A stretch of 63,639 nt of DNA, taken from Octopus bimaculoides (taxonomy: Eukaryota). How positions within the stretch are numbered: the first letter of the stretch is position 1; the number at the start of each line of letters is the position of its first letter. A program made the translations under genes and the position numbers. Below the pieces are notes generated by a model. It searched no databases, was not told the origin of the DNA, and worked only from the letters and a program-made list of their open reading frames with translations. Location of the stretch: positions 6,271,673 through 6,335,311 of the forward strand of contig NC_068991.1 of assembly GCF_001194135.2 (NCBI RefSeq), written 5' to 3'. Shown in pieces: positions 49,693 to 61,245 of the stretch.

Positions 49693-50083
49693 AGGAATGG
49701 CTGTGTGGTAAGTAGCTTGCTTACCAACCACATGGTTCTGGGTTCAGTTCCACTGCATGGCACCTTGGGCAAGTGTCTACTACTACAGCCTTGGGCCAAC
49801 CAAAGCGTTGTGAGTGGATTTGGTAGACGGAAACTGATAGAAGCCCGTCATGTATATGTGTGTGTGTGTGTGTCTGTCTGTCTGTTTGTCTCCCCACCAT
49901 CGCTTGACAACCGATACTGGTGTGCTTACATCACTGTAAGTTAGCGGTTCGGCAAAAAGAGTCTGATAAAATAAGTACTAGGCTTACAAAGAATAAGTCC
50001 AGGAGCTGATTTGTTCGACTAAAGGCGGTGCTCCAGCATGGCCATAGTCAAATGACTGAAACAAATAAAAGAGTAAAAGAATA
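49693..50083 (+). mobile_element. Full-length tRNA-head CORE-like SINE (family B) with central (TG)n
   Basis: ggctgtgtggtaag...ggttcagttccactgcatggcaccttgggcaagtgtc...gctccagcatggcc...gactgaaacaa tail; many copies in window. Confidence 0.85.
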
Positions 50084-51263
50084 ACAGGATATATATATAT
50101 GTTTGTATATGTTCTTTTTAATATAATTTGAAGCCAAAATTTAAAATGCTATGTAATAATAATAAAATATATATATACAATACACATATATAGATATCAC
50201 ATAGATTTTTCAATAATTGTAGATACAATAATTGCAATCTTTATAACAGATGTATGCTAAAAACGATATCAGAGGAAAACAAAAGAGCACCTCAGCTGTA
50301 ACCAGCAAAAATGCTTGGTGCCTTTCAGACATTTCGGGCCTTTAATGACATGTACTCATAACCAGCTACATGTTTAAACAAAAATTCATCAACCCTAATA
50401 TACAATATATTATATATATGATAATTTTAGTGAAATTCTATCTCATTTTCGTAAGGGCAACTATGTTGTAATATTTGAGTTAGCTCTACTGATTGAACTG
50501 ACTAAACTATCATTAAATATACTCTACATACAATAATTATTTAACATACTACAGGAAATACTAATTCTCCAAACAAATAAATCTCTAGCCTTGCTTTAAA
50601 ATAATTTTTGTGGTTATAATCCCTTGAGAGAACATGCAGGTCTAACAACTTAAGGGGTTGTTATTTCAGTCCAGTTGAATCACATTCAGTTTCCGGAAAA
50701 AGTTACAACCATATGTTTTTCTCACTGAGATTATATATCACCAGTTAATAGCAAGACTAATTAGGGTAATGGAGATTTAGTAATTAGTGTGAGTATATTT
50801 ATATAGATCACAGTGCATATAAAATATATAATTCTATAAAAGAATGTATCTCTAAATATAGCCAGCATTATGGTTCATGAGATCCATCACATCTTGGGAG
50901 ATATGTAAATTTGTAAAAGAATGAAGATACTTTTACTAAAATACTGAAAGAGTATACTGATTTATATTGTATAGCTACATGTTTTAATTTTCTTTAGTGA
51001 TGTTGAAATAATTGCAAATAGGGTCATATTGCTAGCAATTTTATCAGCAAAAAACAATGAAAAAACGAACAAACAAAAAACACCCACCTCCCTTTCAGAA
51101 TTGCAAGTTAGTAAAGCGTGATTCAAATTTACATGTATGCTGTTGCTTACAGTGGTTAACCAGTCCACCCGATGGTACCTACATACAGACCATATGAATT
51201 AGATCACCGAAAGTGAAGAGTCTTGGCTATGAGCATATTTATAGCATTTGTGATCCTTTAGCT

Positions 51264-51561
51264 CAGTGGTTCTCAACTATTTTTTTTATCTATGGACACC
51301 TTTGATTACCATTTTATTCTGGTGAACCCCAATAGCCATTTGATGCTTAAAATCTAGTTTTATAGATCTTTCTTTCAAAATTCCTATTTTCCCTATCCCA
51401 CATTCCCTTGTGTTGGATGAACCATGAAAAACATTAGAGAAAGAAAACTTAACTGTTTTTTACAATAAATACAACTGAAGCAAAATTTTTTTCATGGACC
51501 CAATATGCTATTTGGCTTAGGGACCACAAGGGGTCATAGGGACCCTGGTTGAGAACCACTG
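51264..51561. mobile_element. hAT-type MITE
   Basis: Perfect TIRs cagtggttctcaac / gttgagaaccactg; no clear TSD. Confidence 0.8.
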
Positions 51562-51787
51562 CAGCTGGTTGTCCAATACTTTATTTACTCATCCATCTGT
51601 AGTTACTCTCCATATAGATTAAATAACATGCAAAGAAAGCTAAGAGTTTGATTCACCCATCGTATACTGGTTAAAAATTTAAACAAAGAAAAAAAAAACC
51701 ACCTCAGAAATACGCACTGTAACAGCAGTGGTTAGTTCACAAGAGGTTAGTAAACTCAAATTCATAAAAGAAAATTTTAGAATCTTT

Positions 51788-51963
51788 TTAGACTTTAGTA
51801 GGATCAATATCATCTAGGTTCCGTGAATATTTAGAGTTCCAGTCTCTTTGAAAGACTGCTTCCAGTTGCTGGTGGAAATGATTTTTTTGTGTTTTTGTTG
51901 ATCTGACAACCAATCCCAGGCCTGCTGCAGGTGTAAAGTAATCACCACTCCAGCTAGATGTCC
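51788..51963 (-). CDS. PLD3: PLD3-like terminal exon
   Basis: [20 protein letters not shown]...[27 protein letters not shown]. Confidence 0.95.
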
Positions 51964-53437
51964 CTGAAACAAGATAAAGGTATATAATTAATTATTTTTA
52001 TGTAAACAGTAAATGGAATGTTTGCTGAAGCACATACCACTCAACTCATCATCATTATCATCATCATCATGTATCATTTCTTTTTCCATGGCAGTATGGG
52101 TTGGGTTGTTCTATAAGAAGTGAAAAGCCAGCGGGGTGCACCCAACTCCCATGCCTGCTCTTGCATGTCTGTTTCCACAGCTGGATGCCTTTCCTAATAT
52201 CGTCCACTTTGCAGAGTGTATCAAATGCTTTTCTTGTGGCACCAGCACCGGTAAGGTCACCAAGTACTCACAAGACAAGAGCCCCTAAACTGTGTTGAGT
52301 GTAGTAGTGAAGGAAATTTTGTTTATATCATTTGTTGTCAAGTACCACTGCTTGACACCTGGTGTGTGTTGATTTACTCAAGGTGGTACCCTTTTCTTCA
52401 AGGGGGTGCCCTTTGCTTCAAGGGGGTGCCCCAGTTCAATGTTTGAAACAAGTAAAAGACAAAGCTGAAGGATAAAAGTTTGTCAAGATATCTTACCAAT
52501 AAAGGCATCAGTGTCTGTGACCATGAATTTGTTATGGTTAATACATAAAGAAGGAATCTCTCTTTGCTCCTTGGTAAAATATGGTACTTCAAACATTTTC
52601 TATAATTCAGAATCAAAGTAATAATTATGTTACAATAATGATTACAGAAATCTGGCTGAGATTTTTAATAAAAGATTATCTATTTTCTTCATAAACAAAA
52701 AAATGTCATTACAATGAACGACAGACACTGAGATAGTTTGAAGCTGATTGTTCTCGGACTAGGTATGACAGTAGCCACTGTTGTGAGTTTCTTGATGTTA
52801 ACTGGTCATTGAGTGTTGCTGTTGCTGCCGTCCATTGTTTTTATGTTGTCACAGTGTTCTGGTCTGCTGCTGGTTGTGCTACTGTCTGTTCAGCAGTTTC
52901 TGTGTCGAATCTGCTGTCTGCCATCTGTCCATAGTGGTTAAAATGTGCTGAATATATAGTCTTGCTCAAAAAAAGTGTGCCAAAGATGCAATTTTTAAGA
53001 TTCCACACAAAGTCTTGAATGGTCAGATTTTTTTGATGACATAGGTAATATTCTAGCAAATTGTAATCATATTCTTGGGTTGGTTTTTTTTCACATTGGA
53101 AATAGTGATCCGAGCATTATTGCTAAATATTCTTCCAAGATTTATGAAATTAACTTATTTATATTTTAGTATTTCTCTTATCTAAGTCTTGCCTATAACA
53201 TGAAAATTTGGTGAGGTGTTTGAATAACTAAAAACACCAGTTAAATGAAGAAGGACATCAACATCATCATTTAACATACATGTTCCATGCTGGCCAAAGG
53301 ACTGCATTGTGCTCCAGTGTCAACTTTGGTATAGTTTCTAAACTCAGCCAGTTTGCAGTATATACTGGGTGGCTTTTTATTTCATGTCACTACCACTAAC
53401 AGTACTTAATATTGTGTGTGTATGTGTGTGTGAGAGG

Positions 53438-53535
<98 letters not shown>

Positions 53536-56500
53536 CATTAAAACATTAAGACAGTATTGAATCAGCAACGCCAACTAAAAATTGCCAAAATGTCCCAGAC
53601 CCTAATAGGGAGATTACTTCAATATTAATAGACAGGTGTTGGTTCTAGCCATGTCCAGATCTCTTACCGGTATTTCACCTAATTCCAGACAATATTTTCA
53701 TTTGACTGATGTTTAAAAGACTTGTTAATTTATTGTTTAACACCCCCCCCCCACACACACACACAGAGTAACATTATTTCAGATATCAAAATATTTCGTG
53801 TATTGTCATTAATTAGGAATTTGAATTGGAGAAAGAATTCTTGTTTTTCAGAATATAAATTGCTTACCACTTGCATTTTAGCCTTTGTAGCACTGTTTAA
53901 GTTAGCCAAAGACTTGAGAAAGTTGAACATACTAGCTTTGTTGTGCTTCCAATGGCTACCAAGTAGAAAAACTTCAACACCTTTGGTAATTGATACATTT
54001 CTAAGAGCTCTGTCAATAATTGGCCAAAACCTGTAAATACAATATTAATTTCACAGAATTATTATCAATAATATTATTATTGGAATAAGGAAAAAATTCT
54101 GTATAAATCATAATATTTATCAACATTTATATCCAATTCATAATCTATTCACCAAATGCCTTGAGGGGGCCACATGTACTGTAAACTCCATGGTTTTAGG
54201 TTTATGTTAATATTTATTATTATAAAATAATTTACAAATTATTATAATAGGTAGCAAAGCTGCCAAGATTGTTAGTGCACTGGACGAAATGTTTAGTGGT
54301 ATTTCACCTGTCACTACGTTCTGAGTTCAAATTCTGCTGAGGATGACTTTGCCTTTCATCCTTTCAGGGTCGATAAAATAAGTACCAGTCAAACACTGAG
54401 GTCAATGTAATCGACTAGTCCCCTCCCCCAAAATTTCAAGCCTGGTGCCTTTAGTAGAAAGGATTATTATTATTAATATTATTATTATAAAATATTAGGT
54501 TGTCCGGAAAGTTTGTGCCGATGGCCCAATGCTATAGTACAAGACACTTGCCCAAGATGCCATGCAGTGGGACTGAACCAGGAGCCATGTGGTTGGGAAG
54601 CAAACTTCTTACAACACAGCCATGCCTGCATCTGTATGTTTGTGAATGAATTAATGTAGAGTGCAAGGTTTTTGAAAGAAAGCTAGATGTAACATAAAAT
54701 AACATCAATATGAACTCAGTGAAATTAAATCCTAACAAAAATTAAACCAACAAAGGAGTAAAAAAAAGCCCCAAAAAACATACAATGAAGGGCGTTGAAA
54801 TTCCAAAGCAGGAGCATAATCCATAACAGCAATGTGGATAAACTTCTTAGCAGAATTGATAACATCTAGTATTGCATCAATATCACCGGTTCGGCCATTT
54901 GCACAGAAAGCAGGCGGGGAAATCTGGGAAAGAAAAAACAAATGATTTATTTGATTGACCTCATGAAACAATCCATTTTCTGGGGTCTATTGAATTTATA
55001 TTGTTAACAAAGACACTAAAATGTTTCAAGAAATTTTTTCAAAAAAATGAGAAAGAAGGACTGGAGATTTGGTCTCTACAAAACTCAATGCAGGCAATTT
55101 ACCAAAATTAAGTGAAATTGGTCCCACAATAATCTGATATTCTTTCTGTTTATTTCAAACTTGACGCCTCGTTGCTGTTTTAATGACAAGGTGGAATCAG
55201 AAGTTTTTGTAATGTCTCCACCACCCCCTCCTCATGATTCTCTCTCCACCTTCTTTCCTCTGAGATCTCTCTCCCTCTTTCTCTTGCTCTCTCTAGCAAC
55301 ATGTCCTGTCTTCCAATGCCCTGTTGTCAGTTATGCCAAAGCAAATGAAAGGTATTTGACCTACCACTCTCGCTCTCTCTCTTTCACAAGTAGCTTCTTT
55401 GCATTTTGCCTGGGCTCTGTTGCTTTTAGATCTTGGTCTCTGTTCTTCTCTTTCAAACTGGTGAGTTGCCTCTTTTGAGAGAGGGGGGGGAGAGAGAAAG
55501 AGGTCCACCTTCTCAATCTTTTTCTTAAATTATTTAATGTATAACATAAAAATCTATAACTAACAACTACGACATACCATAAAAATCATAAGTAACAGAC
55601 AAACGAAATAACATTGTTTTCTTCTCTTGCCTGCTGGTCATGTGATAGTTTGTCTACCAATTAATAAGGTCATGTGATACAATGTGTTGCTTACACAATG
55701 TGTTGTCACATTCCAACAGTCTCTATCTTTAACTACATATCTCGTATTTCCACATTCCAGCGTTGCTATCATGCTCCTTTTTGACCCTTTCTTTTTACCC
55801 TTATATTCTATTGTTTACGAACACATACAAATGTCCCACATACAATTTTATGATGGTTTGGCATTTCATTCTTTAGAATACACTGAATGACATTTTAAAA
55901 CTGTTGTCTCTTGCTTGGTTCAGTCATTGTACTGTGGCCATACTGGTGCACTGCATTGAAGGATTTTGGTCAAATAGATCCACTCCAGTTCTATTTTCCT
56001 TCACTCTGATACTTATTCTACTGATCTCTTGTGCCAAGCTTTTAAGTTATGGGGATGTAAACAAACCAGTGGGGGTTGTCAAGTAGTGGAGAAGGACACA
56101 CACACACACACACACACATACATAGCTTCCACACAGTTTTTGTCTACGAAATTCATTCACATTGGTTAACTTGGCGCTATAGTAGAAGACACTTGTCCAA
56201 GATGCCATGCAATGGGAGTGAACCCAAAACCACGTGATCGCAAAGTGAGATCCTTAATTGCACAGTCATGCCTCAGTGAAATTTGCATAGATTTATGTGG
56301 ACCAGTAATGAAAAACAATGGAAAACAAGGTACACAAACTATGAGTTTATTTTCCACTGGTGTTATGATTTGTCTCTGAGTAAGTCTGAACATTTCAACA
56401 AATAAACAGTTAAGTAGATATCTTGGAAACTGTGACTGATTCCTCTCCAACAGATGTGAGATATGTGTCCCTATTGACTGCTTTTCAGAATAGATATCAT

Positions 56501-59190
56501 CATTTACTATTTGTTTTCCACGTCGGCATGGGTTGGATGGTTTAATAGGAGTTGGCAAGCCAGAAGATTGCACCAAGCTCTGCTGTCTGTGCTTTAGCAT
56601 GGTTTCTACAGCCTGCTTCTCGGAAAAGGTTGCCCATGCCTGGTTTAAGCTATGCCAATGTAGTATGTGAATGTAAAATAATGACAACGATTAGTTGCAT
56701 ATTATTCTGATATGTAGAGAACTTACCGACAAGTATACGTTACTATTGCTGTCATTGAGATTGGTGTTCAAGGGTCTTTCTTTATTGATTGTGGTGTTGT
56801 ACATTTCTGGCCATGGTTTAGGAATTTTATCAACTATTGTCAGATGCCAATAGGTATCAAATATTTTGCCCATATCTTCTGCAAGTGATTTGCAGTTGGA
56901 AATTATAACCCCGAGATCTTTCACCTAAAATAGAAAAGACAATGAATAAATGTACTAACTAGAAAACAAAACAGATAAATGCTAACAAATAGTTGAGAAC
57001 AGTGAGCAACGAAATGTCTCCCTAGTGAGGTATGTACCCTTCAATATACTATATGCTATATTAGTGGTTAGTACATATATATACTATATTAGTGGTTAGT
57101 ACAAGGTCTGATCAAAAAGTGTCAGGACTGGTACTGTAAAAAAAAAACTACAAAATATATCAATCCGGCATTTAATCTCTTTTGAAGTAGTCCCCTTCGG
57201 AAGGCACACACTTTATCTAGCAGTTTCCTCAGTCAAACCGTCCAACCCATGCCAGCATGGAAAGTGGACGTTAAACGATGATGATGATTTGTTTCTCTGG
57301 GATTAGTCAAGTGAGGGTGAAACCACTGATGAAACCCCAATAACGATTGAAACAATGTCCAAGACTCTTTTCATCATCTTTTCAATCTACAGAGAAATTT
57401 TACATGATTGTATATTTATTACACAGGTTTATAAATATTAAAAGCTAAATAAATATAGATGAATTTTTTTTTTAAATGAAGAAATTAGAGAAAAAATTAA
57501 GCCAAGTATTTGGAAAAAAATATCTCTTACTTGAGTGAGAGAGCGCCAATTAAGATTAGAACTGCCAATATAGAAATGCCTTCTGTCAATAATCCATATC
57601 TTTGTATGCATAATTCCACCTCCCATCAGTTTTTTTATGTCAATCTGTTGAACTGAAGCATGAGCTGAAAAGAAGAAAGAAAAAAAAAAGAAAAGAAACC
57701 TCATCATTTAATACCTGCTCTCCATGCTGGCATGGGTCAGACGGTTTAACTGGTACTGGTAAGTGGAGAGCTGCACCAAGTTCCAGTTTTATTCGGCTGG
57801 GTTTCTACAACTGGATGCCCTTTCTAACACCAACCACTCCAAGAGTGTAACGGGTGCTTTTTACATCCAGCGGGACAGGTGTTTCTATGTGCTAGCGGCA
57901 CAGGTGTTTTTACATACCTTTGGTATGGGTGCCAGTTATGTGGCATTGGCCAATACTATGATTTCACTTGGCTTGGCAAGTCTTCTCAAGCACAGCATAT
58001 TACCAAAGGTCCCAGTGACTTGTCATTGCCTTCGTAAAACCCAGCATTCGAACATCATGCTTTACCACCTCATCCCATGTCTTTCTGGGTCTACTTCTTC
58101 CACAGGTTTGCTCCACAGTTTAGAGATTGGCACTTCTTTACACAGTTGTCCTCGTCCATAAAAATTTGAGATTGCAATTTCTTTGAAGCCATTTTTAAAA
58201 ACTAAACTCTCTGTTACTCTACAATGACTGATAGAATGAATATCAGGGAACGATTTACTAGTCAAAAATTCTTCAAGGCAGTGCCCCAGCATGGCCTCAG
58301 TCGAATAACTGAAACAAGTAAAGGCAAAAGATAGGAAATTTTCTCACCTTCTTCAATTAATATTCCTATATCTGGACTTTGCATTTTAGAATTTGGTTTA
58401 TTTTCAAGTAATTTGATTTCTACGTTCCTGTTTTTACCAGCAGACAAAAGATGTTGAAAAAGGCTGGTATCCTATAGAAAGAAGTGTAAAATTTTTTATC
58501 AGTTATTTTTTTATAATATGGTTCATAGAATATTGGTTACAAATTTTAGCACAAGGCCAGTATTTTCAAGGGAAGAGGCTAAGTTGATTACATCGACCCC
58601 AGTGTGCAACTGGTACTTATTTTTATCAACCCTGAAAGGATGTAAGGCAGTCGACTTCGGTGACATTTGAACTCAGAACATAAAGATGGACGAAATGCCG
58701 CAAAGCATTTTGTCTGCTATGCTAACCATTCTGCCAGCTCACTGCCTTATCATGGTCAACAGAATAGTAAAATGTATTTATGCGGCATGGAGAGTGGAGG
58801 TTGGTATGCATGGGCGACTGCTGGTCTTCCATAAACAACCTTGCCTGGACTTGTGTCTTGGGGGGTAACTTTTTAGGTGCAATCCCATGGTCATTCATGA
58901 CTGAACAGGGTCTCTTCCCTCCTGTAAAGACACTTAAGGTGTTCATCTAGGTTTAATGAGGATATCATACATTAATAAGGGAACAAAAAAACAAAACAAA
59001 ACAACTTACTACCCAATCTGATGGTGATTGATGTACATCTTGGGCTTCCAGTGTCCAATGTAAAGAGGCTATCTCAATTGTATCCTTGGCTTCTTCAATC
59101 AAAGACAAGAGACCGTCATAAGTAGATAGGTGTGATGGTGAACCTGGGGCATAGGTCATATCTTTGGGGACAGTCTCAACTAAGGATATC
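51788..59190 (-). CDS. PLD3: PLD3/PLD4-family phospholipase D (lysosomal 5'-3' exonuclease type), catalytic region ~406 aa; N-terminal exon uncertain
   Basis: join(59010-59190, 58348-58471, 57531-57664, 56727-56924, 54784-54923, 53868-54030, 52497-52599, 51788-51963). [78 protein letters not shown]. Family secure; exact orthology (PLD3 vs paralog) not tested. Confidence 0.9.
52497..52599 (-). CDS. PLD3: PLD3-like exon with second HKD motif
   Basis: [34 protein letters not shown]; G|GTAAG. Confidence 0.95.
53432..53533. repeat. (AG)n microsatellite
   Basis: Direct read. Confidence 0.97.
53868..54030 (-). CDS. PLD3: PLD3-like exon
   Basis: [54 protein letters not shown]; GTG|GTAAGC. Confidence 0.93.
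54247..54475 (+). mobile_element. SINE family A copy
   Basis: Same structure as 43661 copy. Confidence 0.8.
54525..54630 (-). mobile_element. SINE family B head
   Basis: gacacttgcccaagatgccatgcagtgggactgaacc. Confidence 0.7.
54784..54923 (-). CDS. PLD3: PLD3-like exon
   Basis: [38 protein letters not shown]. Confidence 0.95.
55903..56272 (-). mobile_element. SINE family B copy
   Basis: Reverse complement similarity to 49693 copy. Confidence 0.78.
56727..56924 (-). CDS. PLD3: PLD3-like exon
   Basis: [26 protein letters not shown]...IPKPWP...VYLS; TCG|GTAAGT. Confidence 0.94.
57102..57225 (-). mobile_element. Mariner 3' end fragment
   Basis: TA|caaggtctgatcaaaaagt TIR; [10 protein letters not shown] motif. 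Confidence 0.7.
57531..57664 (-). CDS. PLD3: PLD3-like exon with first HKD motif
   Basis: [31 protein letters not shown]. Confidence 0.96.
57700..58150 (-). mobile_element. Family C repeat, long copy
   Basis: ctggatgccctttctaacaccaaccactccaagagtg... Confidence 0.75.
58348..58471 (-). CDS. PLD3: PLD3-like exon
   Basis: [41 protein letters not shown]; ttctatag| and G|GTGAG. Confidence 0.85.
58535..58745 (-). mobile_element. SINE family A copy
   Basis: gattacatcgaccccagtgtgcaactgg...gacgaaatgccgcaaagc. Confidence 0.78.
59010..59190 (-). CDS. PLD3: PLD3-like exon
   Basis: [60 protein letters not shown]; tttctag| and |GTAAGT. Confidence 0.92.
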
Positions 59191-59349
59191 CTAGAAATAG
59201 AAATATGAAAGATTCATATTTGAGTTCAGATAGTTATTAAGGTGTAAAAAAATTGGTCTTTGACTCCTGGCATTGATGACAAGGCAAATATTCTCACCAT
59301 TCTCAAAGCTGTGATTGACAGGAAAGAAAGAGAGTAACAGCCCTACACC

Positions 59350-59620
59350 ACCACCACCATTCAATGTCTGTTATCCATGCTGGCATGGATTGGCCGGTTT
59401 GACTGGGCTGGAAGGCTGTGCCAGGCTCCAATCTGATCTGTAATGGTTTTTCTACGACTGGATGCCCTTCCTAATGCCAACCACTCCGAGAGTGTAATGG
59501 GTGCTTTTACATACCACCGGCACGGGTGCCATTTCTGTGACACCGGTATCTGCCACGACTGTGATTTTGCTTGGCTTGATGGGTCTTCTTCTCAAGCACG
59601 ACATAATGCCAAAGGTCTTG
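59350..59620 (-). mobile_element. Family C repeat
   Basis: Near-colinear with 31727-32000 copy. Confidence 0.8.
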
Positions 59621-59744
59621 ATACCTTGACATAAATTGAGCAGGCTTTCTGATGCCCACAAAAGAATAGCCAAAAGAAGTCTTGGCCAATGTTTGGAACA
59701 TTACAATTTCCACCAATGGGATTGAAGCATATGAAAGTATGTGC

Positions 59745-59959
59745 CTACACTTGAAAGATGGTAGTGCTCTATGAACTTCAGATTTTCTGAGATTTGTTGT
59801 CATTGCTGCCTCTGCTGTTGTCTGTCACCTCTTTTCTTCATCAACCAAGAGGAGACAGGGAAGCTTCAGTAAAGGAGTTCTTCGCCCTCAAAGGACAAGA
59901 ACTGGTATCAATATAGGGCCATAGAACAGGCATAAAGAAGGCTTCAGATGATGCAACAT
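59745..59959 (-). pseudogene. Putative first coding exon of the PLD3-like gene, interrupted by two TGA codons, GC donor
   Basis: One frame reads MLHHLKPSLCLFYGPILIPVLVL*GRR...EEKR*QTTAEAAMTTNL...SFKC R|ISLVE; length 215 = phase 2, as the 59190 acceptor needs. Confidence 0.45.
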
Positions 59960-60369
59960 GATGGCCTCTTCTTTGGATGCTGGGCTGTTTCTGTTGTAAC
60001 TTGATGAACAAAGCAATTAAATGACTAAAATATTGCAAAACTTTACAGTTAATAATTATAATTAATATAGTAATGCAATTTTGCATACATGAAATCTACT
60101 TACCAACAGTCATCAACAAAAGCTTGACGATTTTCCAGTAGGAAAGTTAAGATAACCACAGAAACACTTGCAAAAAAGATAACCAAGGTCATTGTTCAAT
60201 CTTTTGATGTAGCTCACTTCATTAGCAATCTAAAACAACAACAACAAAAGAACAAAATTTCATGTATACATAATTTATGTGTGTGTGTGTATGTATGCAT
60301 GTGTATGTATGTAAGTGTGTGTGTGTGTATGCATGTGTATGTAAGCGTTTGTGTGTGTGTGTGTGTATA

Positions 60370-60540
60370 CTCTGCTGAGTGGTTGGTGTTAGGTAGGGCA
60401 TCCAACAGTAAAAGTCCTGCCAAAACAGCTACAGAAGTCTAGTGCAGGCTCCTGCCTGGCCATCTCCTTGCAAACCGTCCAACCCATGCCAGAATGGAAA
60501 GCGGATGTTGAACAATGATGATGGTAATGATGCTGATGAT
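60370..60540 (+). mobile_element. Family C repeat
   Basis: gagtggttggtgttaggtagggcatcc...aacaatgatgatg. Confidence 0.75.
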
Positions 60541-60619
60541 GTGTGTGTGTGTGTGTGTGTATACATATATATGTATGTCTGTGTATGCATGTATGTGTGT
60601 GTTTGCTTGTATGTATATA

Positions 60620-61030
<411 letters not shown>

Positions 61031-61214
61031 ATGAATCCATACTTCAAGCTGTAACGGAGCATTGGAAATATGCAAAACATTTCTTTAAAATCGGTAAAAT
61101 TGTTGATGTTCTTTAATTTCAAGAATGGGGATTTGTTTCTTAATAATCAACATATAAATGAAATAGAGATTTTGAAACACTGACTCTAACAAAAACATTG
61201 ACGGAATGAATGAA

Positions 61215-61245
<31 letters not shown>

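Noticed and set aside
52841-53059. Q/T/A-rich ORF in a PLD3 intron
   Set aside because: Would insert unrelated sequence between conserved segments; ends in a stop; no donor.
55297-55460. Two plus-strand exon-like segments that would encode a signal-peptide-like sequence (nested antisense gene)
   Set aside because: Polypyrimidine tracts are (CT)n microsatellite; the implied intron is only 39 nt; no downstream exons found.
56166-56687. 173-aa minus-strand ORF in a PLD3 intron
   Set aside because: Begins and ends in SINE/family C repeats, no motif, not phase-linked to the gene.
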